From Vulcanimicrobiota bacterium (GTDB taxonomy: Bacteria; Vulcanimicrobiota; Vulcanimicrobiia; Vulcanimicrobiales; Vulcanimicrobiaceae), in contig CAVTCS010000003.1 of NCBI GenBank assembly GCA_963733295.1, positions 1,312,001 through 1,376,000 of the forward strand: a stretch of DNA of 64,000 nt, written 5' to 3'. The notes below the pieces were generated by a model. It saw nothing but the letters and a program-made list of their open reading frames with translations, did not search any database and was not told where the DNA came from. Both the position numbers and the translations under genes were made by a program. Each line of letters starts with the position of its first letter. Positions within the stretch are counted from its first letter, which is position 1. Below are positions 40,239 to 49,845 of this stretch, in pieces.

Positions 40239-41140
40239 GGCGACGGGGCCACTGAATGTGAAGTCACGCGCTCCACCAGCTCGTCGTCGAGAAGCAGATC
40301 GGGCAACACGGCGTTCAAGTCGCCGAGCAGCGGCAAGCTCGCGCGCGCCAGATCGACTTCAGCGAAATCCAGCTCGGCCCGAATCACGTGCGCGCCCAGC
40401 GCCGGCGCCTCGGCCACGATCTCGCCGCTCGGCGCTACGAGCATCGACGAACCCGTCATCCCCTTGCCGCCCTCGAAGCCCGCCAAACCGGCGTAGACGA
40501 TGTAGATCCCGTGTTCGACGGCATACGAGCGCAAGAGTTCGCGCCAGTGTGCGACGCTTTCGAGCCGGCCCGCACGCGAGAGGCCGCGGCCCGGCGAAGC
40601 GCTCGGGACGAACAAGAGCCGCGCGCCTTTGATCGCGGCGATCGTGGGCAACAGTGCATGCCACGCGTCCTCGCAGATCAAGATCGCGGCGCGCCCGAAA
40701 CGCGTCTCAAAGGCGTCCAACCTGCGTCCCCTCGAGAGGAATCGCTCTTCGTCGAAGACGCCGTAGGTCGGTAAGAACATCTTGCGGTGCACGTGCACGA
40801 TCTCGTGCGTGCGCGAGTCGAGGCTGAGGTAGAGCGCCGAGTTGTAGTACGTACCGCCGGCGTTTTCGTAAAATCCGAGCACGATGTCGACCGGCGCGCG
40901 CTCGGAGCCCGGAGCGGCTCGCCACAACGCGGAGATTCGTTCGGCCAACTCGTTTGCCTCAAAGGACGACTCGTACACCGCGCCCTCCAGGAAATACCCG
41001 GTCAAAGCCGCCTCAGGCAGCACGATCGCGTCGTAGGGACGGTCCTCGGCCGCGAGCTGCACGAACGCTGACCCAAGTTGCGCGAAGTTCTCAGCGAGGT
41101 CACCTTTGCGCGGTTTGGTCTGAAGGATCGCCAGCTTCAC
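40235..41140 (-). CDS. Nitrilase-family C-N hydrolase, probable glutaminase subunit of NAD synthetase
   Basis: E-K-C triad: LPEAALTGY, HRKMFLPTYGVFDE.R, ICEDAWH; ATGA-coupled to nadE. Confidence 0.88.
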   Translation of the reverse strand: MKLAILQTKPRKGDLAENFAQLGSAFVQLAAEDRPYDAIVLPEAALTGYFLEGAVYESSFEANELAERISALWRAAPGSERAPVDIVLGFYENAGGTYYNSALYLSLDSRTHEIVHVHRKMFLPTYGVFDEERFLSRGRRLDAFETRFGRAAILICEDAWHALLPTIAAIKGARLLFVPSASPGRGLSRAGRLESVAHWRELLRSYAVEHGIYIVYAGLAGFEGGKGMTGSSMLVAPSGEIVAEAPALGAHVIRAELDFAEVDLARASLPLLGDLNAVLPDLLLDDELVERVTSHSVAPSP

Positions 41141-42546
41141 ACGGCGGCTGCGATCTGCGGCGGGCCTTGTGCGATCTGTACGGCAAGGTCTTCGGCCGGA
41201 TAGGTCACGATCTCGGCCAACGTCGGATGCAGGTGCGGAATCTTCATCAAATCGTACACCGACCCGCCGTAAAAGAGCGTCACGATGATTTCGTGGATCA
41301 AGTCTGACGCTTCGGGTCCGACGATCGCACCGCCCAAAAGCTTGCCGTCGCCCGGCGAAGCCATCAGCTTCACGAAGCCCTTGGTCTTGCCGATCGCGAT
41401 CGCTTTACCGTGATCGCTGAAGAGATAGGACGAGACCACATACGGCGTCTTGGCAGCTTGCAGATCTTTCTCGGTCGCACCCGCAATCGCAACCTGCGGA
41501 TCCGTGAAGATCGAGTGCGCCTTCTGTAAGAAATAGTCGGCTTTCTCGCTGCCGCCGGTGACCGCGTTGCGGGCCGCGATCTCCCCTTGATAGATCGCGA
41601 CGTGGACGAGCGCGAAACAGCCCGTAACGTCACCTACCGCGAAGACGTGCGGGTTCGAGGTGCGAATGTCGTCGCTCGTTTCGATGCCGGTCACCGCGTG
41701 ATACTGCACGCCGGCCTTCTCGAGATCCAGCCCGGCGACGTTCGGCAAGCGCCCGAGCGCGTAGAAGATCTCATCCGCTTCAACGCTCTTGCTCTGGTCG
41801 TCTTGGACGTAGTGCACGATCTTTTTCGTTCCGCGCTTTTCGACGCGGGAGAGCTGAGCGCTCGATTCGATTCTGATCCCTTCACCCCGAAAGTACAGCG
41901 TTACCGCGTCGCCGACGTCTTTGTCTTCGGCCGAGAAAAGATGGCGCGCTCGAATGATCATCGTGACCCCAACGCCCAGGCGCGCAAAGTACTGTCCGAG
42001 TTCGGCGGCGACGAAACCGCCGCCCAAGACGATCATCGTTTTGGGAAGAATGGAGAGTTCGAGCGCGGCGTCGCTGTCGATGAAGCCGGCTTCTTCGAGG
42101 CCAGGCACGACGGCCGGAGCGATCGAGCTGCCGGTTCCGATGACGAAGTTTTTGCCCTCGAGAACCGTCTCGTCGCCGACCGCCAGCGTCGTCGGGCCGA
42201 GGAAGCGCGCTTCGCCTTTGAAGGTCGGAAACGAGAGGATGCCGCCCACGCGGTAATCGGTGAAGCCCTTTATGATTTCGTCCTTGCGCGCCTGAATGTG
42301 CGCGAGGTCGATCTTCGGTTTCCCAGCGTCGATGCCGAGTTCCGGGCCTTCCCGCACGTCCTGAGCGCGGTCGCTCGAGGCGATCAGCGTCTTCGACGGC
42401 ATGCACCCGCGCAGGATGCACAATCCGCCGAGCGGGCCGCGGTCGACCATCGCGACGGAGGCCCCCAGTTCACGCGCGGTCCGGGCCGCCGCATAGCCGC
42501 CGGAACCGGCGCCGACGACCACGAGATCGTAGTTCAAGCTCTTCAC
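41137..42546 (-). CDS. Class I pyridine nucleotide-disulfide oxidoreductase (LPD/MerA-like)
   Basis: GAGSGG, GGLCILRGCMPSK redox disulfide, GGGFVAAE, HPTLAE. Confidence 0.9.
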   Translation of the reverse strand: MKSLNYDLVVVGAGSGGYAAARTARELGASVAMVDRGPLGGLCILRGCMPSKTLIASSDRAQDVREGPELGIDAGKPKIDLAHIQARKDEIIKGFTDYRVGGILSFPTFKGEARFLGPTTLAVGDETVLEGKNFVIGTGSSIAPAVVPGLEEAGFIDSDAALELSILPKTMIVLGGGFVAAELGQYFARLGVGVTMIIRARHLFSAEDKDVGDAVTLYFRGEGIRIESSAQLSRVEKRGTKKIVHYVQDDQSKSVEADEIFYALGRLPNVAGLDLEKAGVQYHAVTGIETSDDIRTSNPHVFAVGDVTGCFALVHVAIYQGEIAARNAVTGGSEKADYFLQKAHSIFTDPQVAIAGATEKDLQAAKTPYVVSSYLFSDHGKAIAIGKTKGFVKLMASPGDGKLLGGAIVGPEASDLIHEIIVTLFYGGSVYDLMKIPHLHPTLAEIVTYPAEDLAVQIAQGPPQIAAAV

Positions 42547-42658
42547 GTTCTCTTACAACCCGGCTGGCCGCTCGGTCGGTGGCGGCTTCCACCCTGAGGA
42601 GCCGTGCGACGCTGAGGCGGGGGTCCCCCGCTGCCGACACAGAATCTGGGAGCCGCCG

Positions 42659-44209
42659 ATGTCCGCCCAAGCCACTTTTACCGAGACGCTCACTCGCCGC
42701 AGCTCGCGCTACCTCGAGCCGGTTGCGGCGTGCGGACCCCTAGCCGTTCTCTTGGTCGCGGCCGGCGGTGCGGGCATCGGCTTCTTCCTTTGGTACGTCG
42801 CGATTACGCACTCCGGCATTCTTGCGGCCGGCGGAGATTTCACGTTCGTACTCGCGATGGCGGCGGGCTTGGTGCTTTCCTTTGCCGGCTGGATCGCCTA
42901 TGCCGAGTATTTCGCGGGCAGGGCCGGCGTCGGAGTCGTCACCGCGCTGCGCTGGGATTCGGTTTCCTGGGCGATGCTCGCTTCGTTTCCGGCGGGGCTG
43001 TTTCTGCCGCTCGGCCTCGGCGCGCCGGCTCGCTCCGCAGCCGTTGCAGCCGCCCTTTTCGCGCTCGTCAAGATCGTCGTCGCCGCGCGGTTCGTGCCGA
43101 CCGTGCGAGACGTCTTGGTGATCTTCATATCGACCCGCATCTCGATCATCGCCGTCGCCGAACTCGCCGCAGCGATGATCGGTCAGCGCGCCGGCGCGCA
43201 CGTCGCCGAATCGACGAACCCGTTGCTGGCGGTCTGGGGCCGCTGGGACGCCGTGCACTACCTCGACATCGCCAAACACGGCTACTACGGCACCGACATG
43301 GCATTCTTTCCGCTCTACCCGCTGCTCATCAAATTCGCCGGCATCTTCGTCGGCAGCGATCTGCTAGCTGGGATGATCGTGTCGAACGTCGCGTTCTTCT
43401 TCGGTCTACTTTTCTGCTACAAGCTGGTCGAACGTCTCTTCGATCGCGCCGTCGCTCACCGCACGGTCTTCTACATCTCGATTTTTCCGACCGCGGTCTT
43501 CTTCTCGACCGTCTACACCGAATCGCTCTTCTTCGCCCTCACCGTTGCTTCGTTTTACTATATCTGCGAACACAAATGGATCGCGGCCGGCGTTCTCGGC
43601 GGACTGGCGGCCCTGACTCGCGTCGAAGGCGTCCTGCTCATCGTTCCGTACGCCATCGAGGTCTTCAGTTCGAGCGATGGGGCTTCGTGGAAGCGCCACT
43701 TCGCGACGGACGCGGCGCGCGTACGAGTTCTCGTGGGCACGGCGCTGATACCGCTGGGCTTGTTCGCCTACATGGCTTGGCTCTGGGTCTTACGCGGCGA
43801 TCCGCTGTACTTTTCACACGTGCAGTCGCATTGGAACCGGCATCTGGCGTGGCCCTACGAGAGCGTCTGGCACAGCATTCACACGATCGCCACCGCCAAG
43901 GTCGCTTCGATCGTGTCCGGACAAAGCATCGAACTCTTTTTCACCGCGCTGATGATCGCCGTTTTCTTGGCCGGCTTCCGTCACTTGCGCCCGTCGCTGT
44001 GGGCCTATATGGCGCTTTCGATCCTGGTACCGATGTCGACCTCGAGCTTGATGAGCATGCCGCGCTTCGCGCTCGTCCTCTTCCCGATGTTCATCATCTT
44101 CGCGCTCTGGGGCAAGCGTCCGTGGGTTAACAATGCGATCGTTGCGTTCTCGCTGCCGCTCCTGGGCTTGTTCACGGTCCTGTTCGCAGACTGGTACTGG
44201 GTCGCGTGA
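42659..44209 (+). CDS. GT-C mannosyltransferase (PIG-V-like)
   Basis: RWDAVHYLDIA..GY, AFFPLYPLL, FPTAVFF..VYTESLF, many TM segments. Confidence 0.85.
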   Translation: MSAQATFTETLTRRSSRYLEPVAACGPLAVLLVAAGGAGIGFFLWYVAITHSGILAAGGDFTFVLAMAAGLVLSFAGWIAYAEYFAGRAGVGVVTALRWDSVSWAMLASFPAGLFLPLGLGAPARSAAVAAALFALVKIVVAARFVPTVRDVLVIFISTRISIIAVAELAAAMIGQRAGAHVAESTNPLLAVWGRWDAVHYLDIAKHGYYGTDMAFFPLYPLLIKFAGIFVGSDLLAGMIVSNVAFFFGLLFCYKLVERLFDRAVAHRTVFYISIFPTAVFFSTVYTESLFFALTVASFYYICEHKWIAAGVLGGLAALTRVEGVLLIVPYAIEVFSSSDGASWKRHFATDAARVRVLVGTALIPLGLFAYMAWLWVLRGDPLYFSHVQSHWNRHLAWPYESVWHSIHTIATAKVASIVSGQSIELFFTALMIAVFLAGFRHLRPSLWAYMALSILVPMSTSSLMSMPRFALVLFPMFIIFALWGKRPWVNNAIVAFSLPLLGLFTVLFADWYWVA

Positions 44210-44631
44210 GCGGAGCGGGGCTCGTCGAGCGCATCACGCAGCGCCGTGGTGTGCGTCAGTTTGCAAAATTCGGAATCGTCGGCTTGTCGGGAGCTCTCGT
44301 CAACCTGGCGATTTTTACCGCGCTGCAGCGCGGCACCGATCTCCCGGTCTGGGTCGACTTTTCGGTCGGGTTCATGGCCGGCGGCGTTTCGAACTATTTC
44401 CTCAACCGTCGCTGGACGTTTCGCTCGACGCGGCACGCGGGCCGCGAAGGCGCCCAGTTCCTCACGGTTTCATTCATCGCGCTGCTCGCCGGCAACGTCG
44501 TCGTCGACATCATGGAAAAGCACCTGGGCATTCACCATCACCATACGGTCTGGCTCGCGGCGACGGCCAGCGGCGTCTTCGTCAACTTCTTCCTCAATAA
44601 GTATTGGACGTTTCGGCACGTCGGGCGATAG
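44206..44631 (+). CDS. GtrA family flippase-like protein
   Basis: QFAKFGIVG, NYFLNRRWTF, NFFLNKYWTF. Confidence 0.92.
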   Translation: MSGAGLVERITQRRGVRQFAKFGIVGLSGALVNLAIFTALQRGTDLPVWVDFSVGFMAGGVSNYFLNRRWTFRSTRHAGREGAQFLTVSFIALLAGNVVVDIMEKHLGIHHHHTVWLAATASGVFVNFFLNKYWTFRHVGR

Positions 44632-46181
44632 ACGCTCGCCGCTGGTGGCAGATCGGCCTCGTCGCGACCGTTCTGCTCGGGTTCGTTCTGCGCCTCAAAG
44701 GAATCCACGACCCGCTGCTGGATCATCCGGGCTGGCGTCAAGGCGATACTGCGGCGATCGCGCGCAACTTTGCGACGCTGGACTTCAATCCGTTCCATCC
44801 TCAGACCGACTACGACGGCCCGCCGCCGAACTACGTCGAGCTCGAACTGCAGATCGTGCCGTTTCTGGCCGCCTGCTTGTACAAGATCTTCGGCATCCAC
44901 GAGGTCTTCGGGCGGTTGATCTCGATCGGATTCAGTCTTGCGACCATCGCCGGCGTCGGTTTTTTCGGCCGCTGGTTGTTCCGCTCCGCGCTGGCAGGAC
45001 TCTGCGCGGCCTTGTTCTTCGCGATCTATCCGGGCAGCACGTACTACGGCCGAACATTCACGCCCGACACGGCGATGGTTTTCTTCTTGACCGCCGCACT
45101 GTTCGCGAGCGCCTACTGGATCTTCGCTGAGGGCGGCGGCCGGCGCGGGTTCGCGACGGCGGCGCTGCTTACAGCGGCGGCAATCCTGGCGAAACCGGTC
45201 GCGCTCGTGGCGCTCGTTCCGCTCGTCGCGATGCTGTTCGAGCGCTTCGGTCTTTCGGGCACCGTGCGCCGTCCGCAGTCCTGGCTCTTCGTGCTCGTCG
45301 CGCTTACGCCGTATCTCGCTTACGATGCATACGCCGCCCGCATCGCCGAATGGCATTGGGCGAGCGGGATCACTCGACTTCACGTGCTCCCGGCGCTACG
45401 GGATGCGTTCGGTTCGTTCGCCGCGTTTCGTCACAAGGTCCGCCTTCTGCGCGACGCGCTCGGGATGCTCGGCGCGAGCATGCTCGGCTGGACGGGCCTC
45501 GTGACGTTCGTAGCCGCGATCTTCGTGCCGCTCGCACCGCGTTCGCGAACCCTTCTTCCCGCTTGGCTTGGCGGCGCGCTGGCCTACACGTTCGTCGTCG
45601 TTACCGTCGAACGCGTCGACTACTACCTGTACCTCTTCTTGCCGCTGGCGGCACTTTGGAGTGGCGGGCTCGCCGCCCGCCTCCTCGGGATGCTGCCCGC
45701 GACGCCGTTCGCGCGTCGCACGGCTCTCGCGCTGGCAGCTCTCTTCGTCATCGCGGCCGTCGTCGCGAACCGCGCCGCAGTCGCCGGCTATTACGCCTAC
45801 GACCGCAGCGTCTATCGCGCGGCCAAGGCGCTTGACGAGTCGCTCGCGCCGGATACGCTGATCGTCATGGGCCACTACGATCCGTCGGTTCTCTACTACA
45901 TCAACCGCAAGGGATGGGAAGAGGACGCGGCCCTGTGGACGCCGCTCGACGAAGAGAGCGCGATCGCGAAGGGCGCTCGCTATTTCGTCGCCGTCGAGAA
46001 GAACCGTCTCGAGCACAACGCCGACCTCTACGCTTGGCTGCAGCGCTTCCCGCTTTCGAACCCGGACGCGAAGTGGCCGGTGTACCAAACGGATTACGCG
46101 AAGCAGTTGCCCGGCGCCGAAGCCCGCTGGCGGGAGTTCCGGCGTCGCGAGAAGGCGCGTCCCGCAAGCCCGAGTCCGTAA
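44604..46181 (+). CDS. GT-C glycosyltransferase (PMT_2/ArnT-like), start uncertain
   Basis: WRQGDTAAIARNF, YGRTFTPD, LAKP; multi-pass membrane protein. Confidence 0.82.
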   Translation: MDVSARRAIDARRWWQIGLVATVLLGFVLRLKGIHDPLLDHPGWRQGDTAAIARNFATLDFNPFHPQTDYDGPPPNYVELELQIVPFLAACLYKIFGIHEVFGRLISIGFSLATIAGVGFFGRWLFRSALAGLCAALFFAIYPGSTYYGRTFTPDTAMVFFLTAALFASAYWIFAEGGGRRGFATAALLTAAAILAKPVALVALVPLVAMLFERFGLSGTVRRPQSWLFVLVALTPYLAYDAYAARIAEWHWASGITRLHVLPALRDAFGSFAAFRHKVRLLRDALGMLGASMLGWTGLVTFVAAIFVPLAPRSRTLLPAWLGGALAYTFVVVTVERVDYYLYLFLPLAALWSGGLAARLLGMLPATPFARRTALALAALFVIAAVVANRAAVAGYYAYDRSVYRAAKALDESLAPDTLIVMGHYDPSVLYYINRKGWEEDAALWTPLDEESAIAKGARYFVAVEKNRLEHNADLYAWLQRFPLSNPDAKWPVYQTDYAKQLPGAEARWREFRRREKARPASPSP

Positions 46182-46233
46182 AGGGGAGCGCGGGCGTGGG
46201 GACTTCTGGGGAGCGCCCCTAAAGCTACTTTCC

Positions 46234-49200
46234 ATGACGAAAGCGGCCGAGAAGGGCGAGCAACTGCGCGTGTACATCTTGGGACAAACACGCGTGGAAG
46301 TGGACGGTACGCCCTTCCGCTTCAAGGCCGTGCGCAAGGTCCTGCCGCTCCTAGGCTACCTCGCGCTGCGAAACCGCGGTCCGGTGGGCCGCGAGCAAAT
46401 CGCGTTCACCCTCTGGCCCGACGACGAGGAAGAGTCGGCGCTCGCAAACCTCCGGCGCAACATCTATCTGCTCACGCGCGCATTGCCGCCCAGCGCGCCG
46501 AAGCGTCCCTGGCTGCTCGTCGACGCCGCCGACGTCCAGTGGAACCCGGAAGCCGAGGTTTGGCTCGACGTTATCGAGTTCGAGCGCCTGGCGAACGAAC
46601 CGCAGCTCGAGTCGGCCGAAGGCGCGGCCGCCCTTTACGCGGGCGAGTTGCTCGACGGACACTACGAAGACTGGATCTTCAGCGAACGCGAACGTTTGCG
46701 CAGCATCTACGTTCGCATTCTCGGACAGCTCGTCGACGACCGGCGCCGCAAGCGCGACTTGGGGTCCGCGATCGGCTTTGCGCGGCGAATCCTCGCCGCC
46801 GACGCCTGGCGGGAAGACACCTTGCGGACCCTCATGTCACTGCGCTACGAATCGGGCGACGGCGCCGGTGCCCTCGCCGAGTTCGACGCTTTCGCGAAGC
46901 GTCTGCGTCAAGAAATGAGCGTCGAGCCCATGCCGGAAACGGTCGCCGTCCGCGAACGGATCGCGCGTAATGCCGAGCTCGTCGAACCGCTTGCGCCGAG
47001 CGAAGACGCACCGGTCGCACACCTCGACCGGCGAGCGCTCCCGTTTGTCGATCGCGAAAACGAACTCTCGCAACTGCGCACCGCGTGGAGCCGGGCCAGC
47101 CGGCGGGCGGGTGGTTTCGTCCTCGCCGGCGGGGAGGCGGGGATCGGCAAAACCCGCTTGCTCGACGAGTTCGCGTACGAGGTCGAGAATCAAGGGGCAC
47201 GGGTGTTGCGCGGAATGACCGGCGTGCCGGAAGCCGCACCGTATCAGGCGCTCGCCGAAGCCTTCGCCTCGGTGCTGCCCGTGCTGGTGAAGATCGCGCT
47301 GAATCCGATTTGGCTGGCTGCGATCGCGCAAGTCGTGCCCGAACTGCGCGCCCGGCGCAACGATTTGCCGGCTCTGCCGGGATTGCCGGCCGATCGCGAG
47401 CAGACGCGGCTTCAGGAAGCGTTCGTCGCGACGCTCGAAGCGATCGGACGAGGGCGGCCGACGCTCGTCGTCCTCGAAGATTTGCACCATGCGGGGGAAG
47501 CGACGCTCGCCGCCATCGAAGAAATCGCGCGCCGCACGTCGGGCTCGACCGTGATGCTCGTCGCAACGTATCGAGAGGACGAAACGACGCGCAGCCATCC
47601 CCTGCGCCGCTTGCGACGCCGCCTCAGCGAGCGCGGCCTCGTGCAATTTTTGTCGCCGACGCCGCTGCCGCGCAGCGCGATCGATCAGCTCGTCGAACTC
47701 GTTCCGGCCCTCACCGCCGCCGGAAAAAACGTCGCGAATGCGCTGCAAGAACGCAGCGAAGGGAACGCGCTATTCTTGAGCGAGGCGATCCGCGACATCC
47801 TCGAGGGCGGGGACGGAACGGGAACCGGCGTGCGCGCCACGATCTCCGCGCGCCTGGCGCGACTCGGTGGCGAGGCCCGCACCTTCGCCGATAGCGCCGC
47901 GGTGGCCGGCGTGACCTTCGACGTCGAACTCGTACGCGACGTGACCTCGTGGACGGAAGACGTCGCCCTCGAAGCGCTCGACGAGCTGCTCGACCGCAGC
48001 ATCGTGCGCGAAGCGGGTTCGTCCAAACGCTACTCTTACGAATTCAGCCACAGGCTCGTGCAGACGACGATCTACGACGAGCTGCCCGAAGAAGTGCGCA
48101 TCCGGCGGCATCGCCGGGTCGCACGCGTTCTCGAAGAGCGCAGCGGTACGAGTAGCGCCGACCTGGCCTTTCACTACGAGCGTGGGCGCGTGCCCGGACT
48201 CGCGGCGCGCCACTATCTGAGCGCGGCGGAAGCGGCCTTAGCGCTGGGTGCGACCGACGACGCGCTCGCGTACGACACGCGTGGTCTCGCACTCGCCGAA
48301 GACTCGGCGTTGCGCCTGCCGTTGCTCTTCCTGCGCGAACGTCTCCATGGCTTGCGCGGCGAACGAGGTGCGCAACTGGAAGATCTCGACCTGCTCGCGC
48401 TGATCGAACCAAGCCTTGGGGACCGCGACGCGCGTCTCGAGATACTCATCCGGCGAGCAGCGCTCGACCGCGCGACGGGCCGGATCGAGGACGAGCGGCA
48501 ATGGCTCGACCATTTACATTCCGCCGTTGCCGAGGGTGCGGGCACGGCTTGGGAGCTGCGTGCCGGGCTCGCGGAGGCGCAGCGCGATTTAGCGACGGCC
48601 GCGTACCCGGATGCGACGCTGCAGGCGACGCGCGCGCGCCAACTTGCCGAAGACGCCGGCGATAGGACCGGTCTCTTAGAGGCGCTGTGCATTTTGGCCG
48701 AGGCTGCAGCGCGTCAGGGCAGGCTCGAAGACGCGGAAGCATACCTCGGCGAAGCGCAGCATACGGCGACGGCGATCGGGCGCCGTGAAGCGTTGGCGCG
48801 CGCCACGACACAAGCGATGCGCGGTGCGGCGGCGCGTCAAGCGTATCCCGAAGCGAAGGTTCTCAGCGAGTCGGCGCTCTCGATTTACCGGGAGATCGGC
48901 GACCGCCTGGGCGAAGCCGAGACGCTCAACGCGCTCGCTTTGATCGAATCGCGGCTCGGCGACCTCGTGGCCGAGCAGCGCTCGCTCGCGAGTGCGATTG
49001 CGGTCTGCGAGTCGATCGGCAACCGTCAAGGTCTTGCAAACGCGTATCTGGAGTCGGCTCGGCTCGAGCTGCGCCTGGGGCGTCTGGCGAACGCCGAGCT
49101 GCTGCTGATCCGCGCGAGCGAGGCTTACGAAGCGCTCAACGACGCGCGCGGCCGGACGAATTGCGACGTCAACTTGAGTTTCATTGCGGCGGCCCGGGGT

Positions 49201-49692
49201 GACTTCGGAACCGCTCGCGCGCGGGGCGAAGCCGCCCTCGCCGACGCGCGGCGGCTCGGAATTCCCATGTCCGAGGCCGTGGCTCTCGGCAATATGGGCA
49301 TCGTCGAGCGTCAAGCGGGAAATCTCGACTTCGCCATCGCCCACCTCGAGCACGCCATCGCAATGCGCTCGGCGTTGCGCTCCATCGATTTGCTCGAAGA
49401 CCGCGTCGAATTGGCTTTCGCGATGTTGCTCGCAAAACGCGAAGACGACGCGCTGCAACTCGCCGAGGAACTCGCGCGCGCGCCGCAGGCGGAGGTTGCG
49501 GGGCTCGTCTGGCCCTTCTATCTACCCTGGGTCATCGCGCAGATCTTCGCCTCACGCGCGGAGCGAAGCGCTGACGCCAAACAATTCGGCGAACGCGCCG
49601 TACGAGAACTCGGCGAATACGCCTCCGTGATGGATCCCGACGCGCGAGACGCGTTTCTCGCACTCCCCCTCAGCCGCAAAATATTGAGTTGA
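46234..49692 (+). CDS. STAND-type transcriptional regulator: HTH/BTAD + AAA ATPase + TPR
   Basis: LWPD...ANLR, WLDVIEF, LYAGELL..YEDW (BTAD); Walker A GEAGIGKT; Walker B LVVLEDLH; GNALF; helical repeats. Confidence 0.9.
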   Translation: MTKAAEKGEQLRVYILGQTRVEVDGTPFRFKAVRKVLPLLGYLALRNRGPVGREQIAFTLWPDDEEESALANLRRNIYLLTRALPPSAPKRPWLLVDAADVQWNPEAEVWLDVIEFERLANEPQLESAEGAAALYAGELLDGHYEDWIFSERERLRSIYVRILGQLVDDRRRKRDLGSAIGFARRILAADAWREDTLRTLMSLRYESGDGAGALAEFDAFAKRLRQEMSVEPMPETVAVRERIARNAELVEPLAPSEDAPVAHLDRRALPFVDRENELSQLRTAWSRASRRAGGFVLAGGEAGIGKTRLLDEFAYEVENQGARVLRGMTGVPEAAPYQALAEAFASVLPVLVKIALNPIWLAAIAQVVPELRARRNDLPALPGLPADREQTRLQEAFVATLEAIGRGRPTLVVLEDLHHAGEATLAAIEEIARRTSGSTVMLVATYREDETTRSHPLRRLRRRLSERGLVQFLSPTPLPRSAIDQLVELVPALTAAGKNVANALQERSEGNALFLSEAIRDILEGGDGTGTGVRATISARLARLGGEARTFADSAAVAGVTFDVELVRDVTSWTEDVALEALDELLDRSIVREAGSSKRYSYEFSHRLVQTTIYDELPEEVRIRRHRRVARVLEERSGTSSADLAFHYERGRVPGLAARHYLSAAEAALALGATDDALAYDTRGLALAEDSALRLPLLFLRERLHGLRGERGAQLEDLDLLALIEPSLGDRDARLEILIRRAALDRATGRIEDERQWLDHLHSAVAEGAGTAWELRAGLAEAQRDLATAAYPDATLQATRARQLAEDAGDRTGLLEALCILAEAAARQGRLEDAEAYLGEAQHTATAIGRREALARATTQAMRGAAARQAYPEAKVLSESALSIYREIGDRLGEAETLNALALIESRLGDLVAEQRSLASAIAVCESIGNRQGLANAYLESARLELRLGRLANAELLLIRASEAYEALNDARGRTNCDVNLSFIAAARGDFGTARARGEAALADARRLGIPMSEAVALGNMGIVERQAGNLDFAIAHLEHAIAMRSALRSIDLLEDRVELAFAMLLAKREDDALQLAEELARAPQAEVAGLVWPFYLPWVIAQIFASRAERSADAKQFGERAVRELGEYASVMDPDARDAFLALPLSRKILS

Positions 49693-49721
49693 GGCGTTAA
49701 CGCCCGGGCCGTCGACAGCAA

Positions 49722-49827
49722 CTACACAATCTTTGCGCGCAGCGGGTCGGTGACCCGCAGCGCAAACGGCGGTCGAAGCGTGGACAGGTGCGGGAGTCCG
49801 CACCGGGGGTTTGGGGGGGTAACCCCC
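49722..49827 (+). repeat. Structured dispersed repeat, copy 1
   Basis: Near-identical to the reverse complement of 61847-61953; three internal hairpins. Confidence 0.9.
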
Positions 49828-49845
49828 ATTTCAACTCTTGATTTC

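Noticed and set aside
41137..42546. Mercuric reductase MerA
   Set aside because: No N-terminal metal-binding domain, no C-terminal Cys-Cys pair and no merR/merT/merP nearby.
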